DNA of 63,898 nt, counting the filler, from Folioceros fuciformis (taxonomy: Eukaryota), in assembly GCA_049999805.1 (NCBI GenBank). It is 6 parts of 5 records of this genome, joined end to end, with 100 filler letters (N's around TTAATTAATTAA, not from the genome) between each part and the next. Parts side by side here need not be neighbours in the genome. Positions count along the whole stretch, not along the records: positions 1 to 29,729 come from JBNGIO010005757.1; positions 29,830 to 43,569 come from JBNGIO010005757.1; 4 more parts are not named here. One strand, written 5' to 3'. This document shows positions 27,136 through 37,250 of this stretch, piece after piece; the first letter of the stretch is position 1; every line of letters begins with the position of its first letter. A program made the position numbers and the translations under genes. The notes beneath the pieces were generated by a model. It saw only the letters and a list, made by a program, of their open reading frames with translations, had not been told where the DNA came from and ran no database searches.

Positions 27136-28121
27136 CCTCCAAAAAGTGACATACGATGGCTCTCCCACTAGGCTATGGCTAGGTGAAGAAACAACAAAAA
27201 ATATGAACCGTTTTTTTGAAGAAAAACATGATAAATTCAAAAATAAATATTTTTCAGAAATAAATATGGTAAAATGGGTTACATAAAATTTCTATTTATG
27301 CATCAAAAGAATGCTAGCTACGCTTACTTGCTGTGCAAGGAGGCTGTGATGGGGCCATCAGTTTGGGGGAGGGTAGAATACTATCTGCTCAACCTCGGAC
27401 TGATGGCTACGTCAATGCTTCCTAGCGCACACAAGGTTAGAAAGCAACAGGATACGTAACAAAAAAACCAAGACAGCGAGCAACCAGGGCAGTACGTGAA
27501 AAAACAAGAGAAAACACCTCCTCACAAGCCATAGTGCTCACTTGTGCAGCAACTCGGCCAGGTTTGTGTCGGGGTGGACCAGAAGCAGCGCATTGCACAT
27601 GTGATCAGTCGGAAACGTGCCCTTCTAGAAAAAATGTGCCGGAAAAAACACCAGACTGGCAAATTCGAGCGCACCACCACACCAAATCCCAGCAGCCTAA
27701 CTGTCACAGCCGAATCCAAACGCACCGGCCTGAGAACGATGTCTTGGCCAGATCGACCGCATCGGTTTGATTCTTGGCCTCCCACCCTACAGCGGAAGCG
27801 GAAGGGCTAAGGGGATGGGGCACCGCCATCTCTGGTGGTGCCCTGCATCGGGTCTCCAAGCAAATCGTAGTGCATTTGGCTGATTCGGTAGGTTAGATGA
27901 TCAAGCTCTTCCTGTGTCGTGTGCGCTAAAGCAGCAACAATGGCCTCCATGCGCCTTGAATTCCCACCTGCCCGGCAAATACGAAGGCACCACAATTCCA
28001 AGACTGTGAGCCCAAACCTAACCGTCACGGGGTCTGCCTCTGTCGATCTCCTGCATGGCCTAGGCTGAAGGAGGCGTGCTTTTGAGGGTGGAGGCACTCG
28101 GCACGGGCTTGTTATCTTAAC

Positions 28122-28985
28122 ATGGGATCCATGCTAGGGGTACACACCTCTCAACGTGCCATGTCCATGCCAGGTTACCCTCACGTGCAGCCCACCAACC
28201 GCATGAAGGTGCGCGTCAGCAATACCATGGTAGATAACCGGGAGGGGCATGTCACTATCAACGAATATACACCAAAGATGGTCCTCTTGGACACTAGAGC
28301 GCAGCCCGTCATCATCGGCAAGACCCTTGCTACAAGGCTGCGATTGGGTGGAGATGCTCTCAAAGCATCATCGTGGAACATCTGGATAGCATATGGGTCA
28401 ATTGAGCTTGTTTGCGGAGAGACTGTACAACCAGTTACCATTACATTGAAGCCCGACACAGCCTCCTCCATGACGCTTGCCTTGCATTGTCTAGTGACCA
28501 CGGCCACAAATTATGATGTGCTTCTTGGGCAAGAGTTACTCTTCCCTCCAGGCATAGGCGCAGACAATTGGTCCGAGCTCGGCTACTATAGGCCTGATTG
28601 GAGGAACGGAGGTCAGCAGGTGGCCTACTTGCCTCTTGATCTCCATGGAGCTATTGAGGTGGACATTGCCACCTTGATTGCCCCCCTGGTGCTTACATGC
28701 ACCTTGATTCTTAACACCAGGCTGGTGGACACTTGGCTGGATACCAATCTGGATGACGAGGATGGAATGATGGACCAACTAGGACAGTCATTAGCAGCAA
28801 CCTCGTGCTTGAGGGATGTGTTGTTGGAAAATGGCAGGGGTAATCCATGTGCAGACATCTTGCATGTAGCCACCCCACAAGTGCAATTGGCCCTTCAAAG
28901 GATGCAGCCACCTCCCGCACCAGATGACCAAGCAACGCTCGGCGATGTCAATCAGTCCATCATAGCATGGACACCCTGTGAAAAT
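28122..28985 (+). mobile_element. Retropepsin region of the DNMT-element family, truncated just before the methyltransferase
   Basis: MVDNREGHVTINEYTPKMVLLDTR..YDVLLG..GYYRPDWR..VAYLPL..IIAWTP aligns with MVKNQDKHVTLDGFALEWVLIDTG..YDVWLG..VFYRSGWQ..VARIPL..VIHWNP at 2098-2835. Confidence 0.75.
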
Positions 28986-29399
28986 CCTAGCAGTAGGATT
29001 GCATCTAGTCTAGCATGATCAAGATGCAATGCTCAGAAAGATATTTTGTGTTTTAATTTGGAGAAGGTGTATACAAAGTGTGTCTTAAATAGTGTCACTG
29101 GGTGTCTCTTCCGAAGTGGCACACCCGTTTGTAATTATTAAACACTATTAATTACGATCTACGGTAACTAGCTGGTTGGCAGGGTTACGGGCAGGTTATC
29201 CATTCCGTAACACCCCCTCTTAAAGCTGAACGTAACCTGACCAGTGGTGGAGGCTATCTCCCATGGAGCGCGATGCTCCTCTTTGATGTGCTCCCTCTGA
29301 AGGCTAATGAGAGCTTGTACATGCCATTTGGAGGCACGGCACTGAAGAGGCACAAGTCAGGATTTATGATCCTGAAAAAGCAGCATGACCCCCTTGAAG

Positions 29400-29729
29400 C
29401 AAGCATCTAAAGATTGCCTTGCTTCAGCAGCCGAGTCATGGAGACTAGGTTCTTACCCATCTGTGGGACTAGGAGCACAGGCTCCAAGGTAAGCACCGAA
29501 CCGTCCTCGAGGGAAAATTTGCAAGTGCCTTGTCCCATGATTGGCAAGCTGGATCTACTATGTTTGCCATCGAGTAACACCCTTTCCTTGAGAGGACGAG
29601 TATTCAGCTTGGTGAATAGAGTACGATCGTTGCATGTGGGCGGTGGCTCCACTATCTAGATACCACCCCGCATCTTGATGCAACTGGGTGTTGAGGCAGA
29701 CTGTAAGTATCTTTATGGTTTTTGTCTCT
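29400..29729 (-). mobile_element. Ty1/copia protease fragment
   Basis: WYLDSGATAHM (~29665-29635) followed by VLLVPQMGKNLVSMTRL; cut by the linker gap. Confidence 0.8.
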
Positions 29730-29829
29730 NNNNNNNNNNNNNNNNNNNNNNNNNNNNNNNNNNNNNNNNNNNNTTAATTAATTAANNNNNNNNNNNNNNN
29801 NNNNNNNNNNNNNNNNNNNNNNNNNNNNN
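29730..29829. other. Artificial contig linker (N44-TTAATTAATTAA-N44); same linker at 43570-43669, 54014-54113, 58544-58643 and 61871-61970
   Basis: Identical 100-nt block with a six-frame stop palindrome in the middle. Confidence 0.97.
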
Positions 29830-30062
29830 ACCGGTAGTCGAGCGACAACAGAGGTAGCCGAAGGGGCTACCGGTAGTCGAGCGACAACAGAGGTAGCCGA
29901 AGGGGCTACTGGTAGTCGAGTGACAACAGAGGTAGCCAAAGGGGCTACCAATAGTCGAGCGACAACGGAGGTAGCCTTAGGTAGTCGAACTACAACGGAG
30001 GTAGTCGAAGGGGCCGCCGGTAGTTGAGCGACAACGGAGGTAGCCGAAGCAGCTACCAGTAG
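29830..30062 (+). repeat. 33-bp tandem minisatellite within LTR
   Basis: accggtagtcgagcgacaacggaggtagccgaaggggct-type units; related units at ~31820-31930, ~44870-45035 and ~46730-46830. Confidence 0.85.
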
Positions 30063-32190
30063 AGGAAGGACAATGACGGTAGTCGAAGCGCAACGACTGT
30101 TGCCGAATCAGCAACCCAAGGTTGCTGAAACCCCTACCTACACCAGGAATAGCAATAATTGCAGTCAGAGTGTTAGGAGGCAACCAGCATCCTTGGAGGG
30201 CGAAGAGTAGACAGCCAAGATAGGTCAGCCAGCAAGGGGAGTGAGGTGGATTTGCCCAATCAGCAGCATGGAAGGAGAGCCTGAAGATTTTGTGTGGCAG
30301 GGGAAGGTAGGCCAGAAGAATAAAAAGGAGAAGAGAGAGTGGCGCCAAGGTAAGCCAAAAGTGGTTGCATTTGAAAATAGTATTTAGATAAGATCTGGTA
30401 AGATGCTATTCTGACCTGGTGCCGCCTGCCATTAAGAGCACCTTTTTTAAAGTTGATTATTTTAGAACTAGACTTTATGATGGGCTGTGACTCCCACTCT
30501 TGGGAACTCTATACAAAGGGGGCTTGTTGATGCCTCTCTGATTAGCAAATGTTTGAGACTCCTCCCGGTTGAGATCCCCTGCGCTGTCCATGGTGGGACT
30601 AGAGAGGTCTAGGTGAGGCAGCCAGTACGAGACGCTCCTAGGGGTGGTTGAGAATTTTTGCTCCATAGCTGAAAGTGAGGGGGACGAATCCACCGTTGCT
30701 GGAGTGGAAGGAGCACCTCCTTCTCTTATTCCCTGAACGGCCAATTGTGTTTTGTAGTGGAAAGTGAGGGGGACGAATCCACCGCTATTGGAGTGGAGGG
30801 AGAGCTTCTCCTTCCCTTATTCCCTGCATGATTTGCTGCATTTTTAATCTAGAGTGTGTGAGAGAAGAGAGTGTGTTGAGAAGAAGAAGTGTTGGAGAAT
30901 GTGTGAGAAGAGTGAGTGAGAAGAGAAGAAGCAGAAGGCTGAAGGAGTGAGTGAGAAGAGAAGGAGAGGAGGCTGAGAGTGAGTGAGAGGAGGAGGAGAA
31001 GGAGACTGAGGAGCTGGCGTGAGTTAAGAAGAAGAGAGTGAGGACTGATTTTGGTCCGTAGCTGAGGAGAGGGGAACGAATCCACCGCTGCTGGAGTGGA
31101 GGGAGATTTCCTCCTTCCCTTATTCCCTGAATCATCAGCTGCATGCTGAATCTGGTGAGGAGAGAGAGCTGGAAGACTGAAGAGAACCGTGGAAGATTGC
31201 TGGAAGAAATTCGTTGAGAAATCGTTGAGAGACTGCTGAGAAAGTTTGCTTAAGTTGGACGAGATTGCTGGGAATTTCCGAGGGATCCCTGGACGTTTGT
31301 GGAGGACTGTGAGAGGTTGCTAAGGTGGCTGTAAGGTTTTTGGAGAGCTGGCAACATTGCTAGAGAACTGAAGAGAAAACGGCTGTGAAGTTGCTTGAGG
31401 AAGAGTGCTGAAGATTTGATTCAAAACTTGGAGAATTTTTGCGAGGTTTTGAAGCATTTGTGAGCGGCTATTGGAGATTGTTGAAGCCTGTGAGGAGTTG
31501 TGGGAGATTGCTGAAGAATCGATGGAGATTTGGGAACATTTCTGGAGATTGAGACCCTTAGGGACAGGCTTGTGGAAATAATTGTGAACCAGAGCTCTTG
31601 TGTGTGTTTTGTGTGTGAGGAGAGTGTTGCATGAGTGTGTGGGGAGGTGTGGTTGATCCGCAAGGCTTTGTTCCCCAAGGATAAGCCCTTGCATGTGTGA
31701 GGAGCATCGAATAACCCAGCCCTGTGAGTCTGGGATGTCCTGGGCAAAAACCTGTGGGTGGAAACCCGCGGCAACGCCTGCGCCGAAAATAATTAGTTAG
31801 GGTTTAGGGTGGGACCCACCATGGTAGTGGAAAGATGACAGAGGTAGCCGAAGCGGCTACTGGTAGTTGAAAGACAACGAAGGTAGTGGAATCCACTACC
31901 AGTAGTTGAGACCTTACCTCGGCAGTTGAAGGGTCGGTAGTTGTAGAGACCCCCACCCCGGTAGCTGCGTAGGTCTGTCAGGTAGTCCAGGGATTGAGGT
32001 AGGGGTAGTTGAACCAGCAGGTTGTGGAGCTGGGGTAGTTAAAGCCCGTCTTAGGTAGTAACTGACTTTTATAAGAAACCTATGTTATTTGACACAAATC
32101 ATTCCCTTGGGATCAAATCCCAGTGCTATAACGACAAAGAGGGTTTGTGTGGACCTCGCAGCACCCCCGGGTGCAATATTTCCCCCCACA
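29830..32190 (+). repeat. Long terminal repeat (5' LTR, left end in gap) of an Athila-like Ty3/gypsy element
   Basis: Long co-linear similarity to 44860-47082; ends ...tccccccaCA at 32190; followed by a PBS-like sequence and a gag-like ORF. Confidence 0.8.
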
Positions 32191-32193
32191 AAA

Positions 32194-32210
32194 TGCATCG
32201 TTGCCGGGGA
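32194..32210 (+). promoter_or_regulatory. Primer binding site, Athila-type (tRNA-Asp-like), degenerate
   Basis: tgcatcgttgccgggga 3 nt after the LTR CA; resembles the Athila consensus TGGCGCCGTTGCCGGGGA. Confidence 0.65.
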
Positions 32211-32310
32211 ATGAATAGATGTTAGAAACATAGGTAGGAGGGACTAACAGCTGAGTAGAAAAGCTTAGAGCGGATTGGAGAGAGAAAGCCCGAGTAGTTG
32301 TGGTTGATGG

Positions 32311-32853
32311 ATGCCTCGTGAAAGGATCAGCGATTCAGAGTCTGACCTAGGGGAACCACCCTCAGAGAGGCGACAGCGCCAGGCAATGGAGCGTCTGCAG
32401 CGAGTTGCGTGGAGGACGCAGTGGGAGCGTGTGTCTGCTGTGCAGCGGAGGGAGCCAAGGAGTCCAGCCGTTGTGGAAAGGCAACCTTCGCCTGGTCCGA
32501 TTGAGGAGGAGGAAGAGGTATTTGGGGTTGGGTGCTCTCACCTACGACCTGTAGTGGTGATTACGGCTCAACCCAGTCAACCTAGTTCTGTTTTAGCTCA
32601 GACAAACTTTGTGGGTATAGAAGCTGGTGTCGGATCGGTAGCCGTAGCGACTACCTCAGTAGCCTTCACCGCAACGGTAGCCATGAGCACTACCCCAATT
32701 GCCGTGACCACTAAACAGTCATACCCGCTGTATAGAGAAAAGAAGGGGTATGAGGATCCTGACAATTTCGTAGAGCGTTTTGAACAGTTGACCATCTCAA
32801 ACCAGGAGGTGGATGACGCGCAGCACGTGCAGTTGTTCTATGGAGTCCTGTGA
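32311..32853 (+). pseudogene. Gypsy gag N-terminal fragment
   Basis: ORF directly after the PBS ending in YPLYREKKGYEDPDNFVERFEQL (retrotransposon gag start motif); truncated. Confidence 0.6.
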
Positions 32854-32929
32854 GGAGCCGCTACCTACTCCTCCAAAATGTCATGATGTGGAATAACAAA
32901 ATGCCTACCTACCACCGGTGTCGGAGAAG

Positions 32930-33165
32930 CTGCTTAACTTGCACTTATTGTTGTTCTAAAAACCGTGTTGGCCAATGTTCTTTGCAAAGCAATGAATTCG
33001 TGTTATGGAAAAAAGGCCACCACAGAAGGAGGGAGAACATCATTCCCGTGAGTCTGATAAACCTTGGCGCACTCCTTGATGAACCTTGAAAAGTCCTTGC
33101 CCATAGCCCCATGAGTCTCAAGAGCAAGGGGAATGAAAGTATGGCCGTAACAGGTGAAATTTGGA
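32930..33165 (-). mobile_element. 3' end of CRE-like non-LTR element (restriction-like endonuclease tail)
   Basis: HTFIPLALETHGAMGKDFSRFIKECAK matches the F-x-P-L-A-x-E-T-x-G motif that ends RLE domains. Confidence 0.55.
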
Positions 33166-34439
33166 AGGGTGTAATGAAACGAGATGAGGGGGCTAGGCCG
33201 TTGAAATCTCAAAGGGGGGCCACATGGGAGCAATATTGTTATATACGAGGCTAGGCGAGATTAGCTGTAAACAAAGGGGTGCATTTATTGTTAATGGGAT
33301 TGTTTGCAATACAATGTTAGCGCAGAATGGTGTCTTCTATTCCATAGAGAACCCAGGGGAGGAAATTAGGCTGGTCTACCCCACCTGTTGGGATGGTGTC
33401 TCCGGCTGTGAGGGCTTCATTTTGATCCTCATGCAGTGGACCATACAACCCGCTTAGCACACAACCTGTTGCCTGAACTGGGCTACACATTCATCTTAAT
33501 ACATAGAATGGCCCATACAATGAGGGCGTCCTCCGTAACACAAGATTATGGATAACAATGGGCTAGAGTTCAAGCATGCAAGCGAGGTCGGCCGGCGCCT
33601 GCATGTCTAAAAACCTATACATACTAGTTTAGCTATTTTATAGCACATGGAAATGGGCCCAGCCAGACGACAACCATGCATAGTGTCGCATGCCATGACC
33701 TTCGGACAAGAAATTCACATAATTAGGATAGCGTATGGGTTTTGCATTCAAAGGCCTGTGATACAAACTACAGTAAATATTGCTAAGGGTTCTCATTGAT
33801 GTTTAAAAGACAAGATGTACCTTGCAATGGCTGCAAACCCCGTCCTAGCTAAAATTGAGACAAACCCGGCTGAGTGTCCCTTAGCGCGTGCTATTTGTGG
33901 TGAGCTAACTATGCTCATGATAGTGCTTTCCATGGATAAAATCGAATGATTTAAAAATTGCCCAGGCATTCCCCAAAAAGATCTTGCCCTCCACTCTACA
34001 ATTGGCTTTTACCATCAATGGTCTTGTAAATGAATCGTAGTCATTCATCGTCACTCCCATCCGTTTCCACATCAGTGGGTGCCTCGATCAAACCTCCAAG
34101 CTCATTCAACTTTTCTCTTATCCCCTTCTTGTCTAGTGCATACAAATCTTTTCTCAGTAGTGAGGTGGAAGCTATAGTATAAGATGACAATGTCACTTGA
34201 GAGCAACTGTTGAATGTTTTTTGGGTAAACATTATTCTTACCATGGCACCCTCCCCTTCCCCTTCCTTGCATGCCTCCTCCCCTAACAATGAACTCCTCT
34301 ACATATCTTCCCTTATATGCCTCCGTATGCTCTGTTCTATACCAATGCACAAGAATACTTGGTCGTAGTCATGTTTAAGTTTAGAATATCATCTTAGGCG
34401 GAAATATAAGAACCTAAACTTAAACTTGAAAGAAAATAA

Positions 34440-35480
34440 TAATAAAATGTTGAGTACAAAATTGTTTTTATGTTGTTGTTTGTTAAACGTCGTACCCCTA
34501 GATATCTTACCTATTAGGGTAACTATTAATTAAGCTGTTAATTAACTTAATGGTGTAGAAACTAATATTATGTAATGAGGGTTTATTAAGATAACCCTAT
34601 TTTAACACTCCCACTTACGTAGCCATTAGGTAATTAATTGGCTTCATTGAGCTACTAATAGCTAGCATTAAGCAATTAGGATAAATAAATAAATAGTAAA
34701 TGGATAAACCATGAAAAGACGAAACCTGTTACGAGAAACGAATCTGAACTCCAGGGAACGGGTTTCACAGGCAGCCACATCTCGCATGGTCAGCCTTATC
34801 TCGCGCACCTCAGCTGGAGCACCCACATCCTTCATTTCGCGCGCCTCAACTGTGAAGCCTGATCTTGCCCTTGATGGCGAGCATGTCCTGATGGCTCCCA
34901 CTGCTGCGAACGCGGGCTGATGGTGGTGGAGTGCTAGCTGAGAGAGCCGTGATCAGCTCTTAATCCTGACAAATCTGGATGGATTGTGGAGTGAGAAGGC
35001 TGCTACTTGTGAGTCTATCCAAGGCGCTATAGAATCGCCCATCTCTATCCAAGCTCAGCTACTGCAGATTCGCACACGTTTGTACTTGGCTACTACAAGT
35101 GGATTGGGAAAAATGGATACCAAGCGCCTACAGATTCTTACTTGTTCCCTGCTGGCTACGAGCTGTGAGTTCCTTCTATCGTGAGTTCCTACTGATTAGA
35201 TTGCACACTATTGTTGTGTCATGTATAGGAACTATCAAGAGTCTTAACTAAAATACTGACATGTGTGTGTTGACTTGCAGGAACTGTGAAGTGTTACAGA
35301 CCTGCATGCAAACACACTGAACAAAGAAGTGACTTGATTTTTTGAACAGTCTACTACACTCAGGTTTTCCTTATGTGTGTGGTGTTTCTCCTTTGAGAGA
35401 GGCTTTGTCAGCAAGTCAGCTGAGTTCTCATATGTTTTACAGTATTCCAGCTTGATTTCCTTGTTTCTGATACATTTCAT
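34440..35480 (-). mobile_element. Ty1/copia 3' end (RNase H tail, 3' region, PPT, LTR)
   Basis: IKLEYCKTYENSADLLTKPL (35244-35480); minus-strand aagtgggag PPT followed by TGTTAAA at ~34616-34601. LTR far end approximate. Confidence 0.75.
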
Positions 35481-35511
35481 GGAGATTGACCAAGGGATCA
35501 GACATGCGTGC

Positions 35512-35828
35512 TGTAGGGTTATTAAAGCCTAATGTGCTTAGGCTAATGTGTTTAGTCTAAGATTAGTGTCTAGTTAATGTGTTTAGTCTAAGATTAGTGT
35601 CTAGTTAAGTATCATTAGTTTAGATTAGCTTAAGCTAATCTGTAGGAAGCTTCTTGCGCAGCTTCCTGTGAGCTTCTTGTGAAGCTTCCTAGGGAGCCCT
35701 TCTAGAGGGTATAAATACCCCCTTGAGCTCCCTTGCCAACTACACTCTCTCAATGTGACCTCTTTTTCTCCTCTCCTCTCTGCCTCCTCTTCTCCTCTCC
35801 TCCACCATGCTCCTCGAGTGATCCTACA
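35512..35828 (+). repeat. LTR (317 bp) of a tRNA-Met-primed element
   Basis: TGTAGG...CCTACA terminal inverted repeat, TATAAATA at ~35710, followed by a PBS. Confidence 0.85.
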
Positions 35829-35830
35829 AG

Positions 35831-35842
35831 TGGTATCAGAGC
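35831..35842 (+). promoter_or_regulatory. Primer binding site (tRNA-iMet)
   Basis: TGGTATCAGAGC 2 nt after the LTR CA. Confidence 0.92.
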
Positions 35843-35899
35843 AGGTTGTGGAGCAGGTTGTGGAGCAAGACCATGAAGATGGCCATCTAGGAGGAGGAG

Positions 35900-36151
35900 G
35901 GGTGCCACGCAGGCGCCACCTCAACGCCATGCGAGCGCCACCTAGGCACCATGTGAGAGCCACTTGGGTGCCATACGGGCGCCACCTAGGCACCATGTGA
36001 GCGCCAGCGGGCGCCACATCAGCGCCGCTAAGGCACTATGCGGGCGCCACGCAGGCGCGACTTGGGCACCACGCGGGCGCCACCCAAGCGCCACTAGAGC
36101 TCCACTTGGGCACCACTTGGACGCCACCTAGGCGCCACCGGGCACCACGTG
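35900..36151 (+). repeat. GC-rich ~11-bp degenerate repeat array in the element 5' region
   Basis: Repeated ggcgccacc/gggcaccac/gcgccacctagg units running into the N gap. Confidence 0.75.
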
Positions 36152-36251
36152 NNNNNNNNNNNNNNNNNNNNNNNNNNNNNNNNNNNNNNNNNNNNNNNNN
36201 NNNNNNNNNNNNNNNNNNNNNNNNNNNNNNNNNNNNNNNNNNNNNNNNNNN

Positions 36252-37250
36252 ACTCGATCCATGTCCCATGAACGGTTTCAATCGTCACTTAACTATCGTT
36301 TAGGGTTTCTTATAAACAACTAACCCTAGGCATATAACAATGACTAACTAAATAACGATTATTTCTCAACACCCCCTCTCATTGTATATACAGTCTATTA
36401 ACTGAACGGACAAAACAGCAAATGCTAAAAAAAACAAAACCGATTAGGGTATGATGGCTTCAGCTTCGGCGCTTAGCCTCTAGTCAGTCTCTCTGCTTCT
36501 AGCTCAGTCGCCGCCAGCTCCTTGGATTGATCACAGTACGCCTTCAGGCTACTCGATGGCTGGCTCCAGGTAGACTCCCATAGATCTAACAGCTTCTGAA
36601 GACAAGGCGCAGGCACAAGAAACCACAAACTCTCTTGATGTGGCTGTCCCTTAGTCTGGTGGTAAGGAATCTCTAGGTACGGCGCATGTTCTGCAAGTGT
36701 TCTAAGAATGCTCCTTCTTGCCCTGTTCATCCTAAGGAGAATATTCGCAAGATGTCTAATCGGGGAGCTGCGAGACACTGGCAAAAATGTCTTCAGGAGG
36801 CGAACGAGAGGGAGGCAAAGCTGATGCAGGAAACTGCTTCGCTCAAGTTGTCTCCTGCAGCAACCTCTAGACAGCCTACTTCCTTCAAGTCCTGCAACGT
36901 TAAAACACGAATAGTGGAGCTAACTGACGGACTGGAGAGGATAGTGCTTCCGGAAAACTATTAGCCCAGAGCATTCAACTTGCCCTTAGGCCACCTGTCT
37001 AAGATGAGACGACTGGTGACAGACGGGGAAGGTGCCAACGATCCTATGACACCTAAAATCTTCATTTGTCCTGTGTCAAACATAACCATGTACAGGCTGA
37101 ATTGGTGTAGGTGGGGAGGACTGGACGGGAACTTTGTGTCATACTATGGTAAGTCTACAGCATATCTGATATTTATACCCACTGTTGTTGTGGCTCGACC
37201 TACTGCTGACACACATCTCGGCTAACTTGCAGTGTCCAGGGAGAGAATGG
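36252..37250 (-). mobile_element. 3' region, PPT and partial LTR of a further LTR element (probable host of the 37251-43569 insertion)
   Basis: Minus-strand gagagggg PPT then TGTTGAGAA at ~36380-36362. Confidence 0.55.

Noticed and set aside
29774-29785. Recurrent palindrome TTAATTAATTAA (five times in the window)
   Set aside because: Always centred in a 100-nt N block; an artificial six-frame-stop contig linker. Adjacency across these linkers has no biological meaning.
29830-30062. 33-bp repeats as a CRISPR array or coding repeat
   Set aside because: Contiguous degenerate minisatellite inside an LTR, also present in the second LTR copy.
30475-31774. Ser/Leu-rich ORFs in the LTR (also 45399-46616)
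   Set aside because: By-products of GA-rich low-complexity LTR sequence; frames are not conserved between the two LTR copies.
33200-34400. Possible transposase remnant
   Set aside because: Short ORFs and an acidic stretch only; no recognisable catalytic motif.
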